A stretch of DNA of 64,000 nt from Eledone cirrhosa (Eukaryota): the NCBI GenBank assembly GCA_964016885.1, contig OZ024756.1, positions 5,270,001-5,334,000 on the forward strand, written 5' to 3'. A model generated the notes under the pieces. The model saw nothing but the letters and a program-made list of their open reading frames with translations. It did no database searches and was not told the origin of the DNA. Shown piece by piece: positions 50,866 to 64,000 of the stretch. The stretch's first letter is position 1, and each line of letters opens with the position of its first letter. Position numbers and translations under genes: made by a program.

Positions 50866-53800
50866 GTATAGTGTGGTTTAGTAGAGACTGTATAGTGTAG
50901 TTTAGTGCAGACTGTATAGTGTGGTTTAGTAGAGACTGTATAGTGTGGTTTAGTAGAGATTGTATAGTGTGGTTTAGTAGAGATTGTATAGTGTGTTTTA
51001 GTAGAGACTATATGGAGTCGTTTAATAGAAACTATAGTTGGTTTACTAGAGACTATATAGTGTGGTTTAGTGGAGACTATAGTATGGTTAACTAGAGATT
51101 GTATAGTGTGGTTTAGTGGAGACTATAGTATGGTTTAGTAGACATTGTATAGTGTGGTTTAGTAGGGATTGTATAGTATGGTTTAGTAGAGACTGTATAG
51201 TGTGGTTTATTAGAGACTATAGTGTAGTTTAGTAGAGATTGTATAGTATGGTTTAGTAGAGACTGCATAGTGTGGTTTAGTAGAGACTATATAGGGTAGT
51301 TTAGTAGAGACTGTATAGTATAGTTTAGTAGAGACACTATAGTGTGGTTTAGTAGAGACTGTATAGTGTGGTTTAGTAGATACTGTATAGTGTGGTTTCG
51401 TAGAGACTATAGTGTGGTTTAGTCGAGATTGTATACTGTGGTTTAGTAGAGACTATAGTGTAGTTTAGTGTAGACTATAGTGTGGTTTAATAAAGACAAT
51501 AGTGTGGTTTAGTGGAGACTATAGTATGGTTTAATAGAGACTATATAGTATGGTTTAGTAGAGACTATAGTGTGGTTTAGTGGAGATTATAGTGTGGTTT
51601 AGTAGAGACTATATAGTGTGGTTTAGTGGAGACTGTATAGTGTGGTTTAGTAGAGACTATATAGTGTGGTTTAGTGGAGACTGTATAGTGTGGTTTAGTG
51701 GAGACTGTACAGTGTGGTTTAGTAGAGACTATATAGTGTGATTTAGTGGAGACTGTATAGTATGGTTTAGTGGAGACTGTATAGTGTGGTTTAGTAGGGA
51801 CTATAGTGTGGTTTAGTGGAGACTGTATAGTGTGGTTTAGTAGAGACTGTATATAGTGTTTTAGTAGAGACTGTATTGTGTGGTTTATTAGAGGCTATAG
51901 TGTAGTTTAGTGGAGACTATAGTGTGGTTTAGTAGAGACTGTATAAAGTGGTTTATTAGAGGCTATAGTGTAGTTTAGTGGAGACTATATAGTGTAGTTT
52001 AGTGGAGAGTGTATAGAGTGGATTATTAGAGACTATATAGTGTGGTTTAATAGAGACTATAGTGTCTTTTAGTAGAGACTCTAGTGTGGTTTAGTAGAGA
52101 CTGTATAGTGTGGTTTAGTGGAGACTATAGAATGGTTTACTAGAGACTGTATAGTGGGGTTTAGTGGAGACAGTAAAGTGTGGTTTAGTGGAGACTATAT
52201 AGTGTGGTTTAGTAGAGACAGTGTAGAGCGGTTTAGTAGAGACTATATAGTATGGTTTAGTGGAGACTGTGTAGTGTGTTTTAGTGTTGACTGTATAGTG
52301 TGGTTTAGTAGAGACTGTATAGTATGGTTTAGTAGAGACTACAGTGTGGTTTGGTAGAGATTGTATATTATGGTTTAGTAGAGACTATATAGTGTGGTAT
52401 AGTAGATACTATAGTGTGGTTTAGTAGAGACTGCATAGTGTGGTTTAGTAGAGACTGTATAGTGTGGTTTAGTAGAGACAGTGTAGAGCGGTTTAGTGGA
52501 GACTGTGTAGTGTGTTTTAGTGTTGACTGTATAGTATGGTTTAGTGTTCACTGTATAGTGTGGTTTAGTAGAGACTGTATAGTGTGGTTTAGTAGAGACT
52601 ATATAGTGTGGTTTAGTAGAGACTATATAGTGTGGTTTAGTAGAGACTATAGTGTGGTTTAGTAGAGATTGTATATTATGGTTTAGTAGAGACTATATAG
52701 TGTGGTTTAGTAGATACTATAGTGTGGTTTAGTAGAGACTGCATAGTGTGGTTTAGTAGAGACTGTATAGTGTGGTTTAGTAGAGACTATAGTGTTCTTT
52801 ACTAGAAACTATATAGTGTGGTTTAGTGGAGACTATAGTGTCTTTTAGTATAGACTCTAGTGTGGTTTAGTATAGACTGTATAGTGGGGTTTAGTGGAGA
52901 CAGTAAAGTGTGGTTTAGTGGAGACTATATAGTGTGGTTTAGTAGAGACAGTGTAGAGCGGTTTAGTAGAGACTATATAGTATGGTTTAGTGAAGACTGT
53001 GTAGTGTGTTATAGTGTTAACTGTATAGTGTGGTTTAGTAGAGACTGTATAGTGTGGTTTAGTAGAGACTGTATAGTGTGGTTTAGTGGAGACTGTATAG
53101 TGTGGTTTAGTAGAGACTGTATAGTGTGGTTTAGTAGATACTGTATAGTATGGTTTAGTGGAGACTGTGTAGTGTGGTTTAATAGAGACTATATAGTATG
53201 GTTTAGTGGAGACTGTGTAGTGTGGTTTAGTGTTGACTGTATAGTGTGGTTTAGTAGAGACTGTATAGTGTGGTTTAGTGGAGACTGTATAGTGTGGTTT
53301 AGTAGATACTGTATAATATGGTGTAGTACAGACACTATAGTGTGGTTTAGTAGAGACTGTATAGTGTGGTTTAGTAGAGACTGTATAGTGTGGTTTAGTA
53401 GAGACTGTATTGTGTGGTTTAGTAGAGACTATAGAGTGTGGTTTAGTAGAGACTATATAGCCTGGTTTAGTAGAGACTATATAGTGTGGTTTAGTAGAGA
53501 CTGTATAGTGTGGTTTAGTAGAGACTGTATAGTGTGGTTTAGTGGAGACTATAGTGTGGTTTAGTAGATACTGTATAGTGTGGTTTAGTGGAGACTATAT
53601 AGTGTGGTTTAGTAGAGACTGTTAGTGTGGTTTAGTAGAGACTATAGTGTTGTTTAATAGAGACTTTATAGTGTGGTTTAGTGGAGACTGTATAGTGTAG
53701 TTTAGTGGAGACTATAGTAGGTTTACTAGAGAGAGTAGAGTGTGGTTTAGTGGAGACTGTATAGTATGGTTTAGTAGAAACTTGATAGTGTGATTTAGTG

Positions 53801-56800
53801 GAGACTATATAGTGTGGTTTACTAGAAACTGTATAGTGTGGTTTAGTAGAGACTATAGTATGGTTTAGTGGATACGGTATAGTGTGGTTTAGTAGAGACT
53901 GTATAGAGTGGTTTAGTAGAGACTGTATAGTATGTTTTAGTAGAGATTATATAGTGTGGTTTAGTAGAGACTATATAGTGCGCTTTACTAGAGACTGTAT
54001 AGTGTGGTTTAGTGGATACTGTATAGTGTGGTTTAGTGGAGACTATAGTATGGTTTAGTGGATACGGTATAGTGTGGTTTAGTAGAGACTGTATAGTGTG
54101 GTTTAGTAGAGACTGTATAGTGTGGTTTAGTGGAGACTGTATAGTGTGGTTTACTGGAGACTGTGTAGTGTGGTTTAGTGTTGACTGTATAGTGTGGTTT
54201 AGTAGAGACTGTATAGTGTGGTTTAGTGGAGACTGTATAGTGTGGTTTAGTAGATACTGTATAATATGGTGTAGTACAGACACTATAGTGTGGTTTAGTA
54301 GAGACTGTATAGTGTGGTTTAGTAGAGACTGTATAGTGTGGTTTAGTAGAGACTGTATTGTGTGGTTTAGTAGAGACTATAGAGTGTGGTTTAGTAGAGA
54401 CTATATAGCCTGGTTTAGTAGAGACTATATAGTGTGGTTTAGTAGAGACTGTATAGTGTGGTTTAGTAGAGACTGTATAGTGTGGTTTAGTGGAGACTAT
54501 AGTGTGGTTTAGTAGATACTGTATAGTGTGGTTTAGTGGAGACTATATAGTGTGGTTTAGTAGAGACTGTTAGTGTGGTTTAGTAGAGACTATAGTGTTG
54601 TTTAATAGAGACTATATAGTGTGGTTTACTAGAAACTGTATAGTGTGGTTTAGTAGAGACTATAGTATGGTTTAGTGGATACGGTATAGTGTGGTTTAGT
54701 AGAGACTGTATAGAGTGGTTTAGTAGAGACTGTATAGTATGTTTTAGTAGAGATTATATAGTGTGGTTTAGTAGAGACTATATAGTGTGGTTTCGTAGAG
54801 ACTATAGTGTGGTTTAGTCGAGATTGTATACTGTGGTTTAGTAGAGACTATAGTGTAGTTTAGTGTAGACTATAGTGTGGTTTAATAAAGACAATAGTGT
54901 GGTTTAGTGGAGACTATAGTATGGTTTAATAGAGACTATATAGTATGGTTTAGTAGAGACTATAGTGTGGTTTAGTGGAGATTATAGTGTGGTTTAGTAG
55001 AGACTATATAGTGTGGTTTAGTGGAGACTGTATAGTGTGGTTTAGTAGAGACTATATAGTGTGGTTTAGTGGAGACTGTATAGTGTGGTTTAGTGGAGAC
55101 TGTACAGTGTGGTTTAGTAGAGACTATATAGTGTGATTTAGTGGAGACTGTATAGTATGGTTTAGTGGAGACTGTATAGTGTGGTTTAGTAGGGACTATA
55201 GTGTGGTTTAGTGGAGACTGTATAGTGTGGTTTAGTAGAGACTGTATATAGTGTTTTAGTAGAGACTGTATTGTGTGGTTTATTAGAGGCTATAGTGTAG
55301 TTTAGTGGAGACTATAGTGTGGTTTAGTAGAGACTGTATAAAGTGGTTTATTAGAGGCTATAGTGTAGTTTAGTGGAGACTATATAGTGTAGTTTAGTGG
55401 AGAGTGTATAGAGTGGATTATTAGAGACTATATAGTGTGGTTTAATAGAGACTATAGTGTCTTTTAGTAGAGACTCTAGTGTGGTTTAGTAGAGACTGTA
55501 TAGTGTGGTTTAGTGTAGACTATAGAATGGTTTACTAGACACTGTATAGTGGGGTTTAGTGGAGACAGTAAAGTGTGGTTTAGTGGAGACTATATAGTGT
55601 GGTTTAGTAGAGACAGTGTAGAGCGGTTTAGTAGAGACTATATAGTATGGTTTAGTGGAGACTGTGTAGTGTGTTTTAGTGTTGACTGTATAGTGTGGTT
55701 TAGTAGAGACTGTATAGTATGGTTTAGTAGAGACTACAGTGTGGTTTGGTAGAGATTGTATATTATGGTTTAGTAGAGACTATATAGTGTGGTATAGTAG
55801 ATACTATAGTGTGGTTTAGTAGAGACTGCATAGTGTGGTTTAGTAGAGACTGTATAGTGTGGTTTAGTAGAGACAGTGTAGAGCGGTTTAGTGGAGACTG
55901 TGTAGTGTGTTTTAGTGTTGACTGTATAGTATGGTTTAGTGTTCACTGTATAGTGTGGTTTAGTAGAGACTGTATAGTGTGGTTTAGTAGAGACTATATA
56001 GTGTGGTTTAGTAGAGACTATATAGTGTGGTTTAGTAGAGACTATAGTGTGGTTTAGTAGAGATTGTATATTATGGTTTAGTAGAGACTATATAGTGTGG
56101 TTTAGTAGATACTATAGTGTGGTTTAGTAGAGACTGCATAGTGTGGTTTAGTAGAGACTGTATAGTGTGGTTTAGTAGAGACTATAGTGTTCTTTACTAG
56201 AAACTATATAGTGTGGTTTAGTGGAGACTATAGTGTCTTTTAGTATAGAGTCTAGTGTGGTTTAGTATAGACTGTATAGTGGGGTTTAGTGGAGACAGTA
56301 AAGTGTGGTTTAGTGGAGACTATATAGTGTGGTTTAGTAGAGACAGTGTAGAGCGGTTTAGTAGAGACTATATAGTATGGTTTAGTGAAGACTGTGTAGT
56401 GTGTTATAGTGTTAACTGTATAGTGTGGTTTAGTAGAGACTGTATAGTGTGGTTTAGTAGAGACTGTATAGTGTGGTTTAGTGGAGACTGTATAGTGTGG
56501 TTTAGTAGAGACTGTATAGTGTGGTTTAGTAGATACTGTATAGTATGGTTTAGTGGAGACTGTGTAGTGTGGTTTAATAGAGACTATATAGTATGGTTTA
56601 GTGGAGACTGTGTAGTGTGGTTTAGTGTTGACTGTATAGTGTGGTTTAGTAGAGACTGTATAGTGTGGTTTAGTGGAGACTGTATAGTGTGGTTTAGTAG
56701 ATACTGTATAATATGGTGTAGTACAGACACTATAGTGTGGTTTAGTAGAGACTGTATAGTGTGGTTTAGTAGAGACTGTATAGTGTGGTTTAGTAGAGAC

Positions 56801-59800
56801 TGTATTGTGTGGTTTAGTAGAGACTATAGAGTGTGGTTTAGTAGAGACTATATAGCCTGGTTTAGTAGAGACTATATAGTGTGGTTTAGTAGAGACTGTA
56901 TAGTGTGGTTTAGTAGAGACTGTATAGTGTGGTTTAGTGGAGACTATAGTGTGGTTTAGTAGATACTGTATAGTGTGGTTTAGTGGAGACTATATAGTGT
57001 GGTTTAGTAGAGACTGTTAGTGTGGTTTAGTAGAGACTATAGTGTTGTTTAATAGAGACTTTATAGTGTGGTTTAGTGGAGACTGTATAGTGTAGTTTAG
57101 TGGAGACTATAGTAGGTTTACTAGAGAGAGTAGAGTGTGGTTTAGTGGAGACTGTATAGTATGGTTTAGTAGAAACTTGATAGTGTGATTTAGTGGAGAC
57201 TATATAGTGTGGTTTACTAGAAACTGTATAGTGTGGTTTAGTAGAGACTATAGTATGGTTTAGTGGATACGGTATAGTGTGGTTTAGTAGAGACTGTATA
57301 GAGTGGTTTAGTAGAGACTGTATAGTATGTTTTAGTAGAGATTATATAGTGTGGTTTAGTAGAGACTATATAGTGCGCTTTACTAGAGACTGTATAGTGT
57401 GGTTTAGTGGAGACTATAGTATGGTTTAGTGGATACGGTATAGTGTGGTTTAGTAGAGACTGTATAGTGTGGTTTAGTAGAGACTGTATAGTGTGGTTTA
57501 GTGGAGACTGTATAGTGTGGTTTACTGGAGACTGTGTAGTGTGGTTTAGTGTTGACTGTATAGTGTGGTTTAGTAGAGACTGTATAGTGTGGTTTAGTGG
57601 AGACTGTATAGTGTGGTTTAGTAGATACTGTATAATATGGTGTAGTACAGACACTATAGTGTGGTTTAGTAGAGACTGTATAGTGTGGTTTAGTAGAGAC
57701 TGTATAGTGTGGTTTAGTAGAGACTGTATTGTGTGGTTTAGTAGAGACTATAGAGTGTGGTTTAGTAGAGACTATATAGCCTGGTTTAGTAGAGACTATA
57801 TAGTGTGGTTTAGTAGAGACTGTATAGTGTGGTTTAGTAGAGACTGTATAGTGTGGTTTAGTGGAGACTATAGTGTGGTTTAGTAGATACTGTATAGTGT
57901 GGTTTAGTGGAGACTATATAGTGTGGTTTAGTAGAGACTGTTAGTGTGGTTTAGTAGATACTATAGTGTTGTTTAATAGAGACTTTATAGTGTGGTTTAG
58001 TGGAGACTGTATAGTGTAGTTTAGTGGAGACTATAGTAGGTTTACTAGAGAGAGTAGAGTGTGGTTTAGTGGAGACTGTATAGTATGGTTTAGTAGAAAC
58101 TTGATAGTGTGATTTAGTGGAGACTATATAGTGTGGTTTACTAGAAACTGTATAGTGTGGTTTAGTAGAGACTATAGTATGGTTTAGTGGATACGGTATA
58201 GTGTGGTTTAGTAGAGACTGTATAGAGTGGTTTAGTAGAGACTGTATAGTATGTTTTAGTAGAGATTATATAGTGTGGTTTAGTAGAGACTATATAGTGC
58301 GCTTTACTAGAGACTGTATAGTGTGGTTTAGTGGAGACTATAGTATGGTTTAGTGGATACGGTATAGTGTGGTTTAGTAGAGACTGTATAGTGTGGTTTA
58401 GTAGAGACTGTATAGTGTGGTTTAGTGGAGACTGTATAGTGTGGTTTACTGGAGACTGTGTAGTGTGGTTTAGTGTTGACTGTATAGTGTGGTTTAGTAG
58501 AGACTGTATAGTGTGGTTTAGTGGAGACTGTATAGTGTGGTTTAGTAGATACTGTATAATATGGTGTAGTACAGACACTATAGTGTGGTTTAGTAGAGAC
58601 TGTATAGTGTGGTTTAGTAGAGACTGTATAGTGTGGTTTAGTAGAGACTGTATTGTGTGGTTTAGTAGAGACTATAGAGTGTGGTTTAGTAGAGACTATA
58701 TAGCCTGGTTTAGTAGAGACTATATAGTGTGGTTTAGTAGAGACTGTATAGTGTGGTTTAGTAGAGACTGTATAGTGTGGTTTAGTGGAGACTATAGTGT
58801 GGTTTAGTAGATACTGTATAGTGTGGTTTAGTGGAGACTATATAGTGTGGTTTAGTAGAGACTGTTAGTGTGGTTTAGTAGAGACTATAGTGTTGTTTAA
58901 TAGAGACTTTATAGTGTGGTTTAGTGGAGACTGTATAGTGTAGTTTAGTGGAGACTATAGTAGGTTTACTAGAGAGAGTAGAGTGTGGTTTAGTGGAGAC
59001 TGTATAGTATGGTTTAGTAGAAACTTGATAGTGTGATTTAGTGGAGACTATATAGTGTGGTTTACTAGAAACTGTATAGTGTGGTTTAGTAGAGACTATA
59101 GTATGGTTTAGTGGATACGGTATAGTGTGGTTTAGTAGAGACTGTATAGAGTGGTTTAGTAGAGACTGTATAGTATGTTTTAGTAGAGATTATATAGTGT
59201 GGTTTAGTAGAGACTATATAGTGCGCTTTACTAGAGACTGTATAGTGTGGTTTAGTGGATACTGTATAGTGTGGTTTAGTGGAGACTATAGTATGGTTTA
59301 GTGGATACGGTATAGTGTGGTTTAGTAGAGACTGTATAGTGTGGTTTAGTAGAGACTGTATAGTGTGGTTTAGTGGAGACTGTATAGTGTGGTTTACTGG
59401 AGACTATAGTATGGTTTAGTGGATACGGTTCAGTGAGGTTTAGTAGAGACTGTATAGAGTGGTTTAGTAGAGACTGTATAGTATGTTTTAGTAGAGATTA
59501 TATAGTGTGGTTAAGTAGAGACTATATAGTGAGGTTTAGTGGACACTGTATAGTATGGTTTAGTAGAGACTATATAGTGTGGTTTAGTAGAGACTATATA
59601 GTGTGGTTTAGTGGAGACTGCATAGTGTGGTTTAGTAGAGACTATAATGTGGTTTAGTAGTGACTGTATAGTGTGGGTTAGTAGAGACAGTATAGTATGG
59701 TTTACTAGAGAATCTATAGTGTGCTTGAATAGAGACTATAGTGTGGTTTAGTGGAGACTGTATAGTGTGGTTTCGTAGAGACTATATAGTGTGGTTTAGT

Positions 59801-62800
59801 GGAGACTATAGTGTGGTTTAGTAGAGACTGCTTAGTGTGGTTTAGTAGAGACTATATAGTGTGATTTAGTGGAGACTATAGTGTGGTTTAGTACAGACTG
59901 CTTAGTGTGGTTTACTAGAGACTGTAGAGTGTGGTTTAGTGAAGACTATATTATGGTTTACTAGTGACTATATAGTGTGATTTAGTAGAGACTGTATAGT
60001 GTGGTTTAGTAGAGACTGTATAGTGTGGTTTAGTAGAGACTGTATAGTGTGGTTTAGTAGTGACTGTGTAGTGTGGTTTAGTAGAGGCTTTATAGTGTGA
60101 TTTAGTAGAGACTATATATTATAATTTAGTAAAAACTATATAGTGTGGTTTAGTGGAGACTATAGTATGGTTTAGTGGAGGCTATAGTGTGGTTTAGTAG
60201 AGACTATATAGTGTGGTTTAGTGGAGACTATATAGTGTGGTTTAGTAGATACTATAGTGTGGTTTAGTAGAGACTATAGTGTGGTTTAGTAGAGACTATA
60301 TAGTGTGGTTTAGTAGAGACTATAGTGTGGTTTAGTAGAGACTATAGTGTGGTTTAGTAGAGACTATATAGTGTGGTTTAGTAGAGACTGTATAGTGTGG
60401 TTTAGTAGTGACTATATAGTGTGGTTTAGTGGAGACTATATAGTGTGGTTTAGTAGTGACAGTGTAGTATGGTTTACTAGAGATTGTATAGTGTGCTTTA
60501 TTAGAGACTATAGTGTGGCTTAGTATAGATTATATATTGTGGTTTAGTAGAGGCTATATAGTATAGTTTAATAGAAACTATATAGTGTGGTTTAGTGGAG
60601 ACTATAGTATGGTTTAGTGGAGGCTATTGTGTGGTTTAGTAGAGGCTATATAGTGTGGTTTAGTAGAGACTGTATATTGTGGTTTAATAGAGATTGTATA
60701 GTGTGGTTTAGCGGAGACTGTATAGTGTGGTTTACTAGAGACTATATAGTGTCTTTTAGTAGAGACTGTAGAGTGTGGTTTAGTGGAGACTATATAATTG
60801 GTTTAGTAGAGACCATAGTATGATTTAGAGGAGACTGTATAGTGTGGTCTAGTAAAGACTGTATATTGTGGTTTAGTACGGACTGTATAGTGTGGTTTAA
60901 TAGAGTCTAGATAGTGTGGTTTAGTAGAGACTGTATACTGGGGTTTAGTAGAGAATATATAGTGTGGTTTAGTAGAGACTATAGTGTGGTTTAGTGTAGA
61001 CTGTATAGTGTGGTTCAGTAGAGATTGTATGGTGTGGTTTAGTGTAGACTGTATAGTGTGGTTTAGTGGAGACTATAGTGTGTTTTAGTAGAGACTGTAT
61101 AGTGTGGTTTAGTAGAGACTGTATAGTGTGGTTTAGTGGGGATTGTATAGTGTGGTTTACTAGAGACTATATAGTGTGTTTTACTAGAGACTGTATAGTG
61201 TGGTTTAGTAGAGACTATAGTGTGGTTTAGTAGATACTGTATAGTGTGGTTTAGTGGAGACCACATAGTGTGGTTTAGTGGAGACTGTATAGTGTGGTTT
61301 ACTAGAGACTATATAGTGTCTTTTAGTAGAGACTGTATAGTGTGGTTTAGTGGAGACTATATAATGTGGTTTAGTAGACACCGTAGTATGATTTAGAGGA
61401 GACTATAGTGTGGTTTAGTAGAGACTATAGTGTGGGTTAGTGGAGACTATGGTATGGTTTAGTAGAGACTATATAGTATGGTTTAGCAGAGACTATATAG
61501 TGTCGTTTAGTAGAGACTCTATAGTGTGGTTTAGTGGAAACTATATAGTGTGGTTTAGTAGAGTTTGTATATTGTGGTTTAGTAGAGACTATATAGTGTG
61601 GTTTAGTGGAGACTGTATAGTGTGATTTAGTAGAGACTGTATAGTGTGGTTTAGTAGAGACTATATACTGTGGTTTAGTAGAGACTATATAGTGTGGTTT
61701 AGTGGAGTCTGTATAGTGTGGTTTAGTAGAGACTATATACTGTGGTTTAGTAGAGACTATATAGTGTGTTTTAGTAGAGACTATATAGTGTGGTTCAGTG
61801 GAGACTGTATAGTGTGGTATAGTAGAGATTATATAGTGTGGTTTAGTATAGACTACATAGTGTGGTTTAGTAGAGCCTATTGTGCAGTTTAGTGGAGACT
61901 ATATAGTGTGGTTTAGTAGAGACTATATACTGCGGTTTAGTAGAGACTATATAGTGTGGTTTAGTAGAGACTATATAGTATTGTTTAGTAGAGACTGTAT
62001 AGTGTGGATTAGTGGAGACTATATAGTGTGGTTTAGTAGAGACTATATAGTGTGGTTTAGTAGATATTATATAGTGTGGTTTAGTAGATAATATAGTATG
62101 ATTTAGTAGAGACTCTAGAGTGGTTTAGTGGAGACTGTTTAGTGTGGTTTAGTAGAGACTGTATAGTGTGGTTTAGTAGAGACTATATACTGCGGTTTAG
62201 TAGAGACTATATAGTGTGGTTTAGTAGAGATTTTATAGTGTGGTTTAGTGGAGACTGTATAGTGTGATTTAGTAGAGACTGTATAGTGTGGTTTAGTAGA
62301 GACTATATACTGTGGTTTATTAGAGACTATATAGTGTGGTTTAGTAGAGACTATATAGTATTGTTTAGTAGAGACTGTATAGTGTGGATTAGTGGAGACT
62401 ATATAGTGTGGTTTAGTAGAGACTATATAGTGTGGTTTAGTAGATATTATATAGTGTGGTTTAGTAGAGAATATAGTATGATTTAGTAGAGACTCTAGAG
62501 TGGTTTAGTGGAGATTGTTTAGTGTGGTTTAGTAGAGACTGTATAGTGTGGTTTAGTAGAGACTATATACTGCGGTTTAGTAGAGACTATATAGTGTGGT
62601 TTAGCAGAGATTTTATAGTGTGGTTTAGTGGAGACTATAGTGTGGTTTAGTGGAGACTGTATAGTGTGGTTTTGTAGAGACTATATAGTGTGGTTTAGTA
62701 GAGACTATATAGTGTGGTTTTGTAGAGACTATTTAGTGTGGTTTAGTGCAGACTATATAGTGTGGTTTAGTAGAGACTGTTGTTTAGTGGGGACTGTATA

Positions 62801-63545
62801 GTGTGGTTTACTAGAGATTATATAGTGTGTTTTAGTAGAGACTGTATAGCATGGTTTAGTAGAGACTGTATAGTGTGGTTTAGTAGAGACTATAGTGTGG
62901 TTTAGTGGAGACTGTATAGTGTGGTTTAGTAGGGACTATATAGTGTGGTTTAGTAGAGACTATAGTGTGGTTTAGTGGAGACTGTATAGTCTGGTTTACT
63001 AGAGAATATATTGTTTAGTTTAGTAGAGACTACAGTGTAGTTTAGTAGTGTTTCTAGTGTGGTTTAGTAGAGACTGTATAGCATGGTTTAGTAGAGACTA
63101 TAGTGTGGTTAAGTAGAGACTATAGTGTGGTTTAGTGGAGACTATATAGTGTGGTTAAGTAGACACTATAGTGTGGTTTAGTAGAGACTATATAGTGTGG
63201 TTTAGTAGAGACTGTATAGTGTGGTTTAGTAGAGACTGTATCGTGAGGTTTAGTAGAGACTATAGTGTGGTTTAGTAGAGACTGTATAGTGTGGTTTAGT
63301 AGAGACTATAGTGTGGTTTAGTAGAGACTGTATAGTGTGGTTTAGTAGAGACTGTATCGTGAGGTTTAGTAGAGACTATAGTGTGGTTTAGTAGATACTG
63401 TATAGTGTGGTTCAGTAGTGACTATAATGTGGTTTAGTGGAGACTATTTATTATCGTTTAGTAGAGACTGTATAGTGTGGTTTACTCGAGACTATAGTGT
63501 GGTTTATTTGAGATTATATAGTATGATTTAGTAGCTATATAGTGT
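50866..63545. repeat. 24/22-bp satellite (~12.7 kb) with higher-order repeats
   Basis: gtgtggtttagtagagact(gt/at)ata; 3395-bp and 924/948-bp periodicities. Confidence 0.97.
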
Positions 63546-64000
63546 TATATATGTCTTATGACAATGTTATATATGATGTAGTTATGACAATGGTATATAT
63601 GTCTTATGACAATGTTACATATGTCTTATGACAATGGTATATGTCTTATGACAATGTTATATATGTCTTATGACAATGGTATATGTCTTATGACAATGTT
63701 ATATATGTCTCATGACAATGTTATATGTCTTATGACAATGTTATATATGTCTTATGACAATGTTATATGTCTTATGACAATGTTATATATGTCTTATGAC
63801 AATGTTATATGTGTTATGACAATGTTATATATGTCTTATGACAATGTTATATGTCTTATGACAATGTTATATATGTCTTATGACAATGTTATATATCTCT
63901 TATGACAATGTTATATATGTCTTATGACAATGTTATATGTCTTATGACAATGTTACATACATCTTATGACAATGTTATATATGTCTTATGATAATGGTAC
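63546..64000. repeat. 24/22-bp satellite (gtcttatgacaatgttatat[at]), runs off the window
   Basis: Direct inspection. Confidence 0.95.

Noticed and set aside
42917-63905. Long repetitive ORFs (up to 641 aa) in satellites
   Set aside because: Periodicity equals the DNA monomer, and the frames break wherever 22-bp variants occur
50866-64000. CRISPR-like or telomeric array
   Set aside because: Head-to-tail monomers without unique spacers, no cas genes, and no TTAGGG runs

Overview
AT-rich, repeat-dominated animal genomic DNA. It is probably cephalopod (octopus-like), inferred from the tRNA/Nin-domain SINE family and the very long (TA)n tracts. No host gene can be assigned with confidence, and almost all ORFs in the track are microsatellite or satellite artefacts. 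The first ~36 kb is a dense graveyard of Penelope-like elements (PLEs; Neptune-, Naiad- and Nematis-like) inserted in (TA)n tracts, carrying about 17 type-I hammerhead ribozyme (HHR) motifs. It also holds one apparently intact CR1-group LINE (7.8-12.9 kb), about 9 Nin-type SINE copies, three stacked non-autonomous Helitrons and a pogo/Tc2-like MITE. A full-length but inactivated Tx1/L1-clade element (35.9-41.7 kb) sits in a (TAA)n tract next to a Dong/R4 remnant. From 43.2 kb to the end are four different satellite arrays (52, 90, 24/22 and 24/22 bp), the largest with higher-order repeats. Three observations stand out. (i) The SINE 3' end matches the Tx1 3' end (CCTTGTG-N8-AGAAA-N2-(ATT)n), suggesting an (ATT)n-targeting Tx1/SINE partnership. 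(ii) Both the CR1 LINE and the Neptune PLE have an in-frame U-UUU-UUA slippery site joining an upstream ORF to the RT ORF in the -1 frame. (iii) The HHRs are very diverse, including a shared non-canonical core.
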